From contig NW_002060946.1 in NCBI RefSeq assembly GCF_000150275.1, positions 3,367,454 to 3,431,453 on the forward strand: DNA of 64,000 nt, read 5' to 3'. The DNA comes from Trichoplax adhaerens. Its lineage: Eukaryota > Animalia > Placozoa. This document shows, in pieces, positions 62,733 to 64,000 of this stretch. Position 1 is the first letter of the stretch. Each line of letters begins with the position of its first letter. The notes beneath the pieces were generated by a model, which was not told the origin of the DNA, did no database searches, and saw only the letters and a list, made by a program, of their open reading frames with translations. The translations under genes and the position numbers were made by a program.

Positions 62733-64000
62733 ATTTCTTTTGCCTATGCTTATTTTAAAACCAAAAATAATTCATACTTATCTCTATGTATTAATTCTGA
62801 TCAGTTTAAAAGATCTTCTAATTTCAACATCTCGACTAAAGTAGCCGGTAAAAAATAACATTTAGCGTCTATCAATCTTCAGTCTATAATCCATCCATTG
62901 GTCAAAGTATCAATGTTTCTTAAGAGATTTTATTAAATAGTTTGATATGTAATTTATCTTAATCTGTTTATAATATTTCTGTAATTCCGCTCTAGATGAT
63001 ATAACCTGCAGTTTCGTCCAAGAAATAGAATTGAAATTAAATGAATCTTTTTCAGCTTCATACTGAACACCTCTATCCATTTTTCATTTCATATTTTCTT
63101 AGTTGTGCAAAGCTGTAAATCAATACCAGCATCATAAATGGTGCTTAGTATCTTATGGCCAATTTCACCTTAGGCAATGGTTACAACAGTTAGCCAGTAA
63201 ATTGTCATTCAATTTGCCGCCTGTTTTTTCAGTATTTATTGATGTTAAGGAAGAATTTCATAAAATTATTCCTGACCAAAGTCAAGATATGACATTATAC
63301 GATGTTGCTGAATGTAAGTTCTTAAAATATGTGATAGAATTAATCCATGTTGTCTACAATAAATTGTAGAGATTTTAAATATTTAATGTTTTCAATTTGT
63401 GCAATTGTTTAACCAGCTATAATAATATCAGGAAAGATAAATTGCTAAGTTAACTTAATCTACCACCAAATAATCAGAATGCTAAATAGGCAGATCGACG
63501 ATACTCTTATGTAACTTTAAAACCTACGAATATAATCACCAGTGATATAGATTGACATATCGTAAAGTATTAGCTAAAACTTATACATGAATCCTTTATA
63601 TTTTGCTTCAGACTTGCATCTTGATAAGGATTTAATTCAATCAAAAAATCGAAGCAAATTGGTCCTAAGCCTTTATCAAACATTAGCAGCTAGAGGTACT
63701 TATGATAAAAATGGTGCATACAAAAATAACGGGGATTAATAATTATAATCATTAAACGTGTGCTATAGCGTCATAGCTTTTAATATTTATGGAGTGAGAT
63801 ATATAGATAGGATCTTATTGTAACTTTTTAAACCTTCCCCTACTAATTATTAACCCCATAAGATAAGATTTATTACCAAACACGTATGGCGCTAATTGAT
63901 TCTCTGTCTACTCCGTATAGGAATTCAAACATTCCCAAGTTACCAAAATATTAAGGGAAGACTGGAACCCACAACTTACCATGGCAGTTGGTAAATAAGA

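Larger units (their letters stand above)
59850..63450 (+). pseudogene. BROMI/TBC1D32-like relic R15, near full length, with R16 nested inside
   Basis: AIIASNKWVYI (~DVLNCENWTTL), LTEEG (~STCEG), HDHHLISLLAM (~EDNLLDDLLHF), ISRLVRTQAGIQILQ..LLDKVWTL..LAIMELLSL at ~61162-61298 (~VTRVASTAAGGIALK..LITELWSN..LALVNLLSY), LSFNLPPVFSVF in ORF 63103-63369 (~LKAELPLVFSAF). Confidence 0.68.

Noticed and set aside
1-64000. tRNA, rRNA, snRNA genes or intact transposase/reverse transcriptase ORFs
   Set aside because: None recognised by eye; the mobilising machinery for the BROMI relics, if any, is not visible in this window.

Overview
AT-rich (roughly one-third GC) animal genomic DNA with short GT-AG introns; gene content and intron style suggest a placozoan (Trichoplax-like), which is inference only. 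Six intact-looking genes are present: the 3' part of CEP192 (+), CIMIP1/C20orf85 (-), CCNDBP1/GCIP (+), a PRRT3/PRRT4-like 7-TM protein with an acidic 16-aa repeat ectodomain (+), CEP89 (+), and a soluble protein carrying only the N-terminal Sel1-like region of wolframin (-). RFX X-box motifs lie upstream of CIMIP1 and CEP89. The main surprise is that most of the apparently empty intergenic DNA and several larger introns translate into stop- and frameshift-riddled, colinear fragments of one protein, Broad-minded (BROMI/TBC1D32). I count about 16 decayed copies or fragments in both orientations, spanning roughly half the window. Some sit inside host introns, one is nested in another, and several local tandem repeats arose inside them. 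All homology calls come from by-eye translation compared with vertebrate sequences recalled from memory; no search was run, and relic boundaries are approximate.
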